64,000 bases of DNA from Cercozoa sp. M6MM (taxonomy: Eukaryota; Protista; Endomyxa: Ascetosporea). The stretch is taken from the NCBI GenBank assembly GCA_040357565.1, contig JBDODJ010000010.1; one strand, 5' to 3'. Shown here piece by piece: positions 1-11,186 of this stretch. A program made the translations under genes and the position numbers. A model generated the notes under the pieces. The model made no database searches. It saw nothing but the letters and a program-made list of their open reading frames with translations, and was not told the DNA's origin. Positions within the stretch are counted from its first letter, which is position 1. Each line of letters starts with the position of its first letter.

Positions 1-1251
1 AGTAAGTGGAAAAGGAGGTATACCTTGTTGAAGGTCATGTGCGCGTTCTGCACCATGCGCAGCGCGATCTTGTTCTTGATCGTGCGCAGCGTGAGACCCG
101 GGGCACCGCCTTCGACAATGAAGCCTTGGACTTGGTTCGTCTGGTCGTTACGCTACGCACATTGCATCGATACAGGAGCAAACGGAGGTAGGGGAGAGCT
201 ACCGCCCAGACAACGATAACGTCGGCTAAGGTGCCGTTGCCAATCCAACGCTTCTTACCTAATGATTTACACGAGCATAGGAGCTGGGGTCAAGCAAAGT
301 AGGAATTATACCACTGATCTCATAGCCACCGGGAACCTTTCGCGCAATCGTTTGCAGCGAAGATGCGTCGCTGCCAAAATCCGGCTCCGTCAGGCAGAAG
401 CAGCCAATCTTTTTGAAGGACTGAGCAAAACGGTGAAAGAAGTAAAGAGCAAAGAGGAGGTAAAGGAAGTAAAGAACAAAGGGTAAAGAGGGTAAAGTGA
501 AGTAAAAAGCAAATACGGTCATGTCGGTAAAGAAGCGCTGCTTCTGCTCCTCACTGCCGCAAATCGCGATAGACTCCATCGCCAGGCCACTACGTGCAAA
601 GCTTGAGTAAATGCGGTTTGGCTTAAAGGGTTAAAGAAAGAGAAATACCCATGCACCATGTACAGTGTGGCCACAGAAGCGTCCACACGCGCCATTTCAG
701 TGCACGCCATCGCGGTCTCCATCAACGCTGCTCAAGAAAGGGGCGGGTTGGAGTAGGAGTAGGAACAACAAAAAAAAAGAGCGGACTCAAGCCGGGTGCT
801 CCGTAGCCGCCAACACAACCACCAACGAGTCCTGTTGCAGCCAGTTTCGGCAGCAGGTGGGTCTGCGCAATGAACAGGATAAGGAGGGAACGAAATAACA
901 AGAAAGGGCGGAAAAGGTACCGGGAATTTAGCCTCGTCCACCATGTCGTCAATCTTGCCGCGCACCTCGGTCTCCATGAAGTCGCGCACCTTCTTGCGAA
1001 TCGCACGCTCACCTTCCGTCAACTGCACGGGTCGCACAAGCAGCAAGGTCACAACATTTGCAACACATGGCGACAGCTGGCAGATACGTTGGCATCGAAG
1101 TTGATAAAGTCGCTTTCAGGGGGGAATTCGCTGCAGAAGAAACCACACGCTAAAAAGAAGATCGAGCTGTCCTCACTTGTCTTTCTGTCACATGTCCTTA
1201 CGTTGGCAGGTGCGGCAGCTCGGCCTTGCCCTGGGTGCGATCCACCGACAT
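1..1251 (-). CDS. Acyl-CoA dehydrogenase-fold acyl-CoA oxidase (ACX4/glutaryl-CoA dehydrogenase-like), multi-exon, 3' end outside window
   Basis: Spliced peptides LTEGERAIRKKVRDFM, EMARVDASVAT, ICGSEEQKQRF, GCFCLTEPDFGSDASSLQT, KKRWIGNGTLADVIVVWAR, IKNKIALRMVQNA; ATG at 1251; GT-AG introns. Confidence 0.85.
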
Positions 1252-1741
1252 GAGACGATTCTCCGGTCCTGAAGTCAAGTACTTGTTGGCTGACTTCCAC
1301 AAAATTGGTCACTTTGCCCGCAAAACGCCACCACCCAGAAAATCAAGAAAAGGTCCAAAACAAATGCAATGAAGGGCAGCGACTTGAACGCATAAATGCC
1401 ACAGTGCACACACTGTCACGGTGTAGTGCAAAAACCAGCAGAAAGCTCGGCAACAAAAAAGTGAAACTGTATTTTAGCATGCAGGCTGGTCATACCAAAG
1501 TCTGGAATATTGTAGAATTATGCGTACGAGCTTGTGGAAATGGCAGTTCACTGCTTGACAAAATAGCAATACTTGTATTTTTTCCTGCACAGCGATTTTG
1601 TTTGTACAGTCCAGGTGGGACAAGGCTGTGCAGGGTAAAGACGATCAATCACCTCCTGGAGGTGCCATTGTCAGCAAACACACGTGTGCGCATAGCGGGT
1701 CCCTCTGAGTTACTGTATTAAAGTCCTTTGCATTTTCGACG

Positions 1742-4047
1742 ATGCTGTCATCCGTGCCACCTTCGCGCTCGAGCAGCTTAGCGGCGCAGGTATTGTACGT
1801 GTCGCTTGTATTGGGTAAAAGTCAAAGGCATCTGTTTGACTGTAGCTAGGTCGCCTGATTGGCAATTTGCGACGCGGCAAGGCGCCCACATCGAGGACAC
1901 AATGGGCCTTGTTGATGTGCTTCGTTGTGACGGGTCTGTTCGTGCTGTCGTCGGTGATATCGGCGCTTTCAGGCACAGAGACTAAGCTTCCCACAAACAC
2001 ACACAGCGTGGCAGTCTCCACATTTGGGGCACAGGTGGGTCATGCTGGATATACCTTTGCGTTTGGGAACGAGATTGTCACGTCAGGGCCACCCGTCGAA
2101 ACGACACAAGGAGCTGTTTAGAGCCGAACCTATTCTGGTACCCTATGTTTGGTTCGATTACTCATTGCTACCTCTGATATTCACAACATCGCCAGTGGCC
2201 GAGCAAGAAGGCACAGCAGCGGCAGGCGACCGTGTTCGTCGGCATTCCGTCCTTTCGCGACTCACTGTGCTTCCGTACCGTGCAGTCGTTGTTTCGCAAG
2301 GCCAAACATCCGCACCGCTTGCGTGTTGGCATCTACGACCAAGTATTGCGATTATTTTACTTTCCCTTATTTCGTTATTTACCTGATGTGCAGGTGGACC
2401 CACACGAAGGCGACGTGCCTTGCTCGCACTTTGTCGATGTCTGCAATGATGTACCCACTTCAGGAAGTTAGAAGGGTCTGCAGAAAGGAGAGTACACCGT
2501 GTACACGCAGGAAAATGAGAAAGACAGGGGCGCTGAGTGCGACCACATCGCCAATGTCGTAATCGAGGAGGTCGGCTCTTCAATGGCCACGGGCGTTCCC
2601 ACCGCGCGCTACCAGATGGAGAAATTACTTGGTATATGCGCTTTTTTGTGTTTGTACTTCACTTTCGTTCCTCCATTTCTTGTGCAGACAATGACTCAGA
2701 ATTCTTTGTTCAAGTCGATGCTCACACCATATTTGATCCCGGTACCGATATCAGTATCACATACAGCCGATGAGATCCCTTTACTCTCGCACAGAGTGGG
2801 ACACGCGAATGATCGCCCAGTGGCAGAACACGGAAAATGAGTTTGCCGTGCTCACAGTAACTGTAGTTTCCTGTTCTCCCATTCACCTATGATCCCGTCC
2901 ATGAGCAGCACTACCCCAACGTTGCCGACTACAGCGACGATGACTATAAGCGCGCCAACTCGCTCAGGTAGAAAGAGACTTTGCCTCTGAACCAACCTTC
3001 CAATATTCAGCGACGCTTAGTGTGCTGTGCGGGGCCAAGACTAAGGGTGCCATGAACGGCTTCACCAAGTGGAGTGGTCAGGTAGCGCATGAGCCAACCT
3101 TTTTCTGATCCTGCTGGTCCTTCGTGTTTCGTTTACCCCCTGAGTCTCCATTCAGGTGTGGAACAAACGCACGCTAAAGTCTCCCAAAGATGTGCCTATT
3201 TTGATGCCGTTCTGGGGCGGCGGTCTTTCCTTCAGCAAGGCGCACCGTGTGCGCAACGTTCCCTACGATCCACGACTTCTTTTCGTGTACCCTTTTTCCT
3301 CCATTGTTCCCTACGATCCACGACTTCTTTTCGTGTACCCTTTTTCCTCCATTGTTAATTTTTTGCTCACTTTGCCGATCAGTTTTGATGCCGATGAGTT
3401 GACACTTTCAGCGCGCCTCTTTACAGTAAATCCCACCCACTTTAACTCTAAAGTTACGTTACCTTCCTGCCGATCAGACGGGGTACGATTGCTATGCGCC
3501 CACGGAGAACCTTGTGTACCACTATTACGCCTCGGCGGTCAAGCGTCCGCACGTCTGGGACGAGGGTTGGGACATCAAGTCCAAGGTAGCTTCCCGTGCT
3601 AGCCTGACCATCTTTCTTTCCCGCCTAGGTATCCCTTTCGTTTTTCACCTCCAGACCAACAAGAAGTCAGCCGAGCGAGTGCATGCGCTCTTCGGCATGC
3701 CGGTCGACTCGATGAAACACCCGGATACCAGCGAGGTGGCCGTTGGCGAACTTTACGGCCTCGGACAAGCGCGCACTCTGCAGGATTTTTGGCAGTTTGC
3801 GCGCATGGATATAACTGTGAGTTTGTAACTCTCGGTGTCTGCATACCCGCTCAGACACAAATCTTGGGTTACAAGTGCAGAAGAATCCACCCGAGACGAC
3901 TGACTTCTGTGCTGACATGGCGGCCAATCCACTCAAGGTAAACTTAAACTGTGCCGACTGTGGGTGTGTCAAGGAATTGGATTTTCCGGTCCACTGCAGC
4001 TGGCGCCCTATCAGCGAGATCCTGCCGAGGTTAACCACATCTACTAG
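1742..4047 (+). CDS. GT60-family polypeptide alpha-GlcNAc transferase (Gnt1/Gnt2-like) with N-terminal membrane anchor
   Basis: VFVGIPSFRD..C..TV.SLF.KAKHP.RLRVGIYDQ, QVDAHTIFD, FWGGGLSFS, VPYDPRLLFVFDADE..LSARLFT.GYD.YAP, VYHYY; hydrophobic WALLMCFVVTGLFVLSSVI segment. Confidence 0.85.
3258..3353 (+). repeat. Perfect 48-bp tandem duplication spanning an exon end and splice donor
   Basis: gttccctacgatccacgacttcttttcgtgtaccctttttcctccatt x2. Confidence 0.9.
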
Positions 4048-4288
4048 TTTTCGTTCCGCACCGTCGGCCATTCAGTTTCTCGTCTGCTCAACATACGATG
4101 GATATCGCATCACTACACAGCACTCGCACACACGCTGATGCTGGTCCAATCACTGGTAACTCAGTCGCCTGCACGGTACAGTACGTCCCACTGCGCTGAA
4201 CAAAAACCGAACTCCGCCAGATGCCAAACTGTTCCATCAGCTAGTGTGACGCACGCGAGCAGAGTTAATTTCGTTGTGTTTCGAACGA

Positions 4289-5338
4289 ATGCGAGAGTCG
4301 TTTGGCAGCGCGCCGCTTCGCGGCACCCGCAAACAGGGCGACGGTATGGTCAAAGCGCTGGGGCGCCGCGTGCCGCAGCTGCGCTTCAAGCATTACACAG
4401 CATTCCAATACGTGGCGCCGCGTGCTGTTGATGCTTTAGCTGTACCCAGTTAATCTATTGTTTCTTTATTCCCATTTATTCTCTGGCCTCCAGGAGATGA
4501 AGAAGGACGGAAGTGCGCCTGTCATCGTGTTTCCGCAGTACGCGCACTTTTCGTGCACTACATCGAGCTCGTCACTAAACGAGCTCTTCTCGCTGTCTGA
4601 TATTCAGGGTACACTCTCGTAACCTGTGAAGCTGTCTCCCCTTAATCTCTTGCCTTGTTGTTCTTCGCAGACATGGACTGCTCCCTCATTGATCGCTGGC
4701 ACCTCCACGAGGTGTGTCATCCTCTTTGCTCTGCTGACCGATATTTATCCTATCTCTTTGACTTCTTTCCATCGCGTCGCCAGGTCTTTTTGACGGCAGC
4801 AGCCCAGCGTATCATTGACTCCTACGAGCACGAGCGTGATGAGGACCCTCTCGTACTGTTCTCGGCACACTTCGTGCCAATGCAGACCGTCTTGAAAGGT
4901 GTGTGTCTGTCTGTGTTTTGTCGCTTTACCTTCTTGCACCCTATACCTTAGCTCTCGTTATCATATCTTGTCTTCAGGTGACGCTACGTTGGTGAGATTG
5001 CCGCCTCTGTCAAAGGTGTCATGCACTTGTCAACAGCACCTGGTACACACTCCACGTTTGTCATACACATCCTACCAAATTACTCACGCTTTCCTCAGAA
5101 AAAACAAGGCAAGCCGCACTTGCGACATCTCTTGTCATGGCAGAGCAAGGTGAACACAGTGAGCCTTTTTGCTTCACTTCCTTTTTATTGTATGGTAGGT
5201 CGGCTTCATGCCGTGGATGGCGCCGTCCGCTGAGACAGTTATCGAACAGGTAATGAGCTCCACATACACAACACACACGCGCGTGCACACCTCGTGTACC
5301 TCCCGTGTTTAGCTGGGTGCACAAGGCTGTCAACTTTG
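4289..5338 (+). pseudogene. hemH: Ferrochelatase internal fragment, frameshifted and truncated at both ends
   Basis: GSAPLRGTRKQGDGMVKAL, FPQYAHFSCTTSSSSLNEL, SLIDRW, LFSAH, GD/YVGEIAASV (frameshift ~4983), LSWQSKVGFMPWMAP; stop after LGAQGCQL; no N-terminal GGP motif or C-terminal DHIETL motif seen. Confidence 0.75.
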
Positions 5339-5597
5339 AGTTGCAGTAACACGACACGACAGAACAAACCCGTTCGGTCATGAAATAGGACGTGCTGCCG
5401 TGCACAGCGCGGCCGATAGGCTATCTTACGGACGCATAAGTCAACCTCAATCGATTTACGTTTCTGTCACTTGAATGCTTCGGTTGGCAGTGACCGTACG
5501 TTCAGTTACTGGTCAGGTTACTCAGGTACTAGTTAACCCAGGTTGTCCCAACGCAAGATGTCCTGGCCTCCACTCTAAGCGGGGACGGTGAACTACG

Positions 5598-5651
5598 CTA
5601 CGGCCATGCGCTTGTGACCCACCCAGGACTGACTGGTACAGGGAAACTACA
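5598..5651 (-). repeat. Copy of a small dispersed repeat (also at 34126-34211 and at the Merlin insertion site)
   Basis: Reverse complement tgtagtttccctgtaccagtcagtcctgggtgggtcacaagcgcatggccgtag matches 34161-34211. Confidence 0.8.
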
Positions 5652-5807
5652 TACTGTAGTAGTTGAAAACTACCGTTCTTAGTCTCCTGACGCGAAGTGG
5701 CGACGTTTACCGTACATACCATACCGTGCGGTCGTCGCGTGGTGCTACGGTAGTAGCTAGTCAGGTATAACAAACGGAAATCAATGCAACCAGTGAAAGC
5801 GACGCGA

Positions 5808-5855
5808 GCCGGAGAAGCTGTGGGCCGGAGAAGCTGTGGGCCGGAGAAGCTGTGG
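5808..5855. repeat. 3 x 16-bp tandem repeat next to a stop codon
   Basis: gccggagaagctgtgg x3. Confidence 0.9.
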
Positions 5856-5859
5856 GAGC

Positions 5860-6600
5860 TTATTCTGGCTGCTGTTGCTGCTGCCGCTGTAGCCGTCGCT
5901 GTCGCACGCGTTTCACGGCCTCCTGCTGCACATGCTCGATTTCTTCAGGCGTCAACTTGCCGGCGCGCATAGCGTTCTCAGCTGCAAAAATTGGGTCCAC
6001 CGAAAGTAATACTGTTCAAGAAAAGCCAAATGTACCGTTTAGCAGCTGCAAGTTGTCCTCGGCAACGGAGATTTCGACATTCGCGTCGCCGCCGCGCGAG
6101 CCGTATCGGTCGTCCAGCACAATACGCCTGGGGGAGGGGTAATGAGGCACAGTGTAGAATTTTAATTCAAAGTACCAGTCGCGGCCAAATTCAAGTTCCA
6201 TTTGTCGCTCGCCCTCCCTGTACGTCACTTCGTATGGCTCACCGTGGAATACCTGAGCAAAACGATCCATCTGTGAAACCGCTGTCCAGAATGTTAAAAA
6301 CCTCACCAGGTAAAGCAGCAAAGGCGATCCCATGACGACATAGAGCCATCTACAGAAGTCCAGTAATTATGGCTAGCAGGGGGAGCAAATCATGGCACCC
6401 AGCGTGCAGGCGCAGCTTTGTTGACATTCGCGTGTAAGTGAGTCGCTTTTTTGCACCCAGCAATCTGTGTATGAATCAGAGGATACACCAGCCGGGTGCA
6501 AAATGGGGTAGTTACTGGGAATACCGGAGAACATTCTCCATAGAATTGTGGACCAAACGCGACATCTTGGATTGGCGGACTGAAAATCTCGCAAGCTAAA
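5860..6600 (-). CDS. Hypothetical single-pass membrane protein (5' end uncertain)
   Basis: Exons splice in frame: WLYVVMGSPLLLYL / MDRFAQVFHGEPYEV..RDW / RIVLDDRYG.. / AENAMRAGKLTPEEIE..QQPE*. Confidence 0.5.
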
Positions 6601-6779
6601 CAACACAAGCGCAGTTTTTAATCCGCCGATCGGAACAAGCTACAGTTTTTAAACAAGCTGTACGATACACGCAACGTACACACACGCGCAGCACTGCACA
6701 ATAATGAGCTCTTTACCGCAAACTGCTAGTTTTCTTTCATCAATTCACCCCCATCCCAGCACTCATTGAGGTTTCGCGT

Positions 6780-6876
6780 AAATACTCTGAAGTAAAGCAG
6801 TAGCACCAACGAAAAATACTCTGAAGTAAAGCAGTGTGAGCTGGGATACATTAATGTGATGTCACGTCACATTAAT
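6780..6876. repeat. 22-bp direct repeat plus 10-bp-arm hairpin in an intergenic region
   Basis: aaatactctgaagtaaagcagt at 6780 and 6814; attaatgtga-N7-tcacattaat at 6850-6876. Confidence 0.8.
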
Positions 6877-7049
6877 TTGAGCTGCCTCCACATCCAACGT
6901 GAGCTGGTGTCACATGTTCCATGTGGCTTCTGTATTTACTCACTAGCTGTGAATGCCCGACCAGCGTACGTAGCCGGACTATCCCTGTCGCTATTCCCGT
7001 CTACATAGACTGGACACCAATACACACGCACCGCAGCACGGCAAAAAAA

Positions 7050-10000
7050 CTAGTGGAATCCAATGTGTGAGAAGATACGTGGGTAAGCTGGCTCTGGTTG
7101 AAACACGGGCGCGGGTAGAGACGACTCGTGCAAGACTGCATGTGTCGATCCGATCACCTGTACACAATCCGCATTGACAGTAAAACCAAACACATATTGT
7201 GTGGTTGAATGTTGTGCCTCGTCGTGCAGCATGTCAAGTGCCTGCGAGTGCGAGTGCCGTCTCATCACCGCGTGCACTTCCAGCAGTCCCTGTGGCACAT
7301 GTGGTGGGGTTGCGGGTGGGGGGGGGGGTGGGGGCTAGCAGTTCGAACCTCGTAAACGATTAGGTTTGCGAGTAGAATTAGGACGCCCCACAAACACTCA
7401 AAGTACATGCTTGCTACAGTACCGCAATATGCAACGTTACAATGCAAATCAATTATTGCAGTGGTACACGCGACACCGACGCCAAAGAAAGTGCCAGCAA
7501 CAGCACAAGTCAACGCCATGTGCACTCGCACCATAACCGTTAGAAGCTGCGCGTACACGTAGGGCAAGTGCGAGGATGAATAAAGGAACACGTCGCCTGC
7601 AGCCGCTCCTGCAGACACGGGCATGTAAAGTGCAGTTACTGTATCAAAATCAAGGTACGTAGTGAGGAGATCTCTCGCTCGATCACAGAAATAGAGGACT
7701 GCCGCGTCACGATAAGTGACTGTTGGGCAGCCTCCGCCAACTGAGTCACCCACCTTTAAAGTAGACCGCAAAACACTGCAGCGACTGACCACAAGTATCG
7801 AAGCAGTACCAAGTTCGTCATCCACGAGTGTACAAGCGTTGGCATCGTTGTCGCTTCCACCTTACTCAGACGCGCTTGCTCGTCCACTGCACCAAACAAG
7901 ACGTGCAAACTTGCTTTCCCAGATCACAATTGAATGAAGGCAAACATACATCTAACCAGACCCTTGGTGCGCAGTTTGTCCAAGTGTGACACTTGTTTAC
8001 TTGCTTGTGTCTCCCCTGCGACAAGTCACTGTGTTTTCCATGCTTAAAAGTAGCAGCGGGTAACTTGTACCCAAAGAAGGCGATCGTGCGAGATCGAAAT
8101 GGAGTTCAGTACTATCGATTTCGACATCAGTCTCGGAATTGGCCTCGTCGCCATTAATGTGAAGATTCGACAAAGCCACAGATCTACAGTTTCGACAGGT
8201 GTGAGCCATTTCAGACAAGCATATATTATTTGCGTGAGAACATACTGCAGCAACGGTTGCTCACTTCCCTCGTATTCTTCGATCTCATCCTCGCTACATA
8301 ACATCACGCGCTTTATGCGGCACAATGACAGAAAGAAAAATTAAGCACTGTTTCTCGTCTTTTCTGTCATTTTTGGTCGGTAGCGACATGTGAACCAGCG
8401 CGAAGCTGCAAGAAAGATTATTCGCACAAAGGAACCATTGAGAAATATCTAACTTGGGGCAGCACCATAGATTGAGCAGACGAATGAACTCGCCGCGGAA
8501 ATATTTAGCTTTTGCTGAAGCTTCGCGTTCCTAAAAATGCACAAGTGTGCACAACACGTCAAAAAATCGAGACTCAATGAGGAAGCACCGTCGTCCGAGG
8601 TGCCACGAGAGCGCAGGCAGAAACAGCCACAGATACGGTTTTCTTCGCGAGACCTGAAGCATATACAGATCCGCCTAGATCCACATAAGTGTACTTATGT
8701 ACTGTTGAATGCGACTAGCACTTGCCACCTATACAACTACACGATAGTGGCACCTACGAACATTTTGGATACCAACGGTACCATCGATGAAACGTTTGCT
8801 GTACAAAGTTGCCCAACAGAAAGGCAAGCGCGCTGCCGAACAGAAACCCTCTACAAAACAGAGTTTACATGCAAGATGTGCACAAGAGAACAACGCAGAT
8901 AGAATGTCACCTGTCAACTGAGATTCGCGGAGCGCACAAGCCCGTGCATACTTTCACACTGTTGTGACAGTGCACGATAAATGAGACGATAAATGAGCCG
9001 ATCACAAAAACTGTCAAGCGTACTCATCGAGGTCTTGTTTGTCCGTACTGGCGACACAGTGTGTGTCACACAACAGACTACAGCAATCATACAACTTCCA
9101 CCGCGACACGTCAAAACATAAACGTAAACGTACACAGCATAGCCCGCAGTAAACAGCACGTAGATCAGGAAAAAGACGCCCAGTCGACGGCTGCTTAGTG
9201 CCGAGTAGGCTACCTGTAGGGCAAAGTAACATACGACACAACACACCGAGTTGCAACTAACGCACGTTGAAAGCAAAGCCAATTGAAAAGAGCGTGTCGG
9301 CGTCGTAATTGACGACACGATTTAAACCGTCCACCAGCAAGGCAGCTGCCAAGTTTCGTAAACATACAACACATACCACACAGACGCAAACAATTGCATA
9401 GTTTGTGCACCGTCATCCGAACTGGCGGCGAGTGTGCTTCGATACTGCGAGATCACTCTGCATCCTCCCATTAGATGCTTGTTTCAACAGATACACAAAA
9501 TTGAACAGCAGTGTACACATTAAGCGACTTCTTGATGCGCCACAGACGGTACACGCGCAAAAGCCGCAACACCCTGCACACAACAAGCAAACAAGGAGAT
9601 GAGACAGAGAGACGGAGAGTGACGGAGAGAGAGAGAGATGTGCAGAGAGAGAGAGTACATTAAGAGGAGCGGGACGGTTGAAAGCTCGGAAGACGAGGCA
9701 GACCACTCTCCATCGGATACAAAGTACACGAGCAACGCAATGTCCAAAATGGCCACGAATCCGTCGATGCAGAAACTGTAGCTGCGCAGTCGAGACGCTG
9801 CAAGTGGGTTTAAAAATGATTTGATAGAACTCATTGGGGGGACACGGGAGATACACAAACGGAGTCGGAGCAAGCGCACAAGGCGTATTACAACGTCCAA
9901 CACAAACACCGAACTTAGGACAAGATCCTGCAAAGGAAGTGAAAAGCAGCGAAAGTACTCGCAACGATGCTTTACCATCCAAAACAGCACGACCGGGCCA

Positions 10001-10439
10001 TGAATATTGCCGCTGAACTTCTCCTGCGGTTGCCCATCTTAAAACTCCTGAGTGTGGGCAAACAATTTTACCTTGTGTAGTGCGTAACCTGCGAGGCGTA
10101 GTGTCACTGTAAGGATAGAAAACAGCACAAGGCATGCGTGCAAAGCCGCAATGCGATAGCCTGCCGTCGCTTGTCGGAACCACAAAACTACAAATACGTA
10201 CAAACACAGCACGCATGATACATGAATAGGATAGAATACAATGGTATCGACGGCGGCGTAATTGTGCTTCATGTCTCGTCTGAGGAAACAAGATTAAATC
10301 TCTCCACGATATCGGCGTTTTCCGTGCGCGCTCGTACTACCTTAAAAGCGTCGCGTTTCACTTTTAATAAGCTCTGCCGCTTTCGTAAATCCTCTAACGT
10401 TCGCTGTCTGCTTGACACACGAATGTACAGGACACCGAG

Positions 10440-10496
<57 letters not shown>

Positions 10497-10614
10497 TATA
10501 CCTGCGAACGGCTTGCTGGCGCAACAACGCGTCTGCACAACAAAAACTCTTGACTTACCATCAGTCATACATTCAGTCGCAGTGGCAGTGTGAGGCACCA
10601 ATGTTCGGTTGCAT
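7050..10614 (-). CDS. Voltage-sensor domain (S1-S4) fused to a bestrophin channel domain, ~28 exons
   Basis: Hand-spliced single frame: S1 IAALHACLVLFSILTVTL, S2 DLVLSSVFVLDVVIRL, S3 FCIDGFVAILDIALLV, S4 VLRLLRVYRLWRIKK; then bestrophin motifs [68 protein letters not shown]...[22 protein letters not shown]. Confidence 0.82.
10444..10496. repeat. (GA)n microsatellite in an intron of the VSD-bestrophin gene
   Basis: Direct observation. Confidence 0.9.
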
Positions 10615-11186
10615 GCCGCATGCTACGTGTTAAAATACTTTACGCGCGGGCCTGGTGTCGGGTTGAAAATGATCGAGAAATTGGGTCAAGAATCTGTCAA
10701 TGTTTCTGCGGTTTTGTATATTTCCGCGCGAAGGCTGGCGTTTCTCGACCACAAAAAAAGAAAATAGGTCAAATATTCGGGGTTTTTCGGAACTTGGGAT
10801 GATTTAGGGCATCTTTTCCTCCAGGTACTCTGCAAGCACGGTGTCACGTGAGTTCATTCGTCGTCTAACACTTGAAAGGAACAAAGTCTCGCGATTCCAT
10901 CACCCAAATGAGCAAGCTACATCTGGGGTTTGGACAAAGCGGTATTCTATTTACTTTCAAACGTCTGTCTTGATGTGACTGGGAAGCCATAGTTGTTGTA
11001 TTTGGGCAGGGTTGTGTCCTCAAAGTTCAACACAGTTGAAACATGAATACGACAAGCAACTTGCCGCAGTGTATCAAGTTTCTATCAACACTTTGACTAT
11101 CTTCTTCGACTCTATAGCATTCTTTCGGCATATACAGTAGTGGACTTACATCGTTACGCGAATCATACCGAAACTGTTCAAGGAGC

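Noticed and set aside
5808-5855. CRISPR-like array (also 33305-33370)
   Set aside because: Tandem repeats without spacers, in a eukaryotic context with no cas genes
8044-8325. F-box-like LTQIIYACLKWLTP in the ORF track
   Set aside because: Lies in an intron of the VSD-bestrophin gene
8729-9318. Reading the region after S4 as an Nav/Cav S5-pore-S6 (apparent LTGD) or as a pseudogene
   Set aside because: LTGD straddles a splice donor in the wrong frame; proper splicing gives an intact bestrophin sequence
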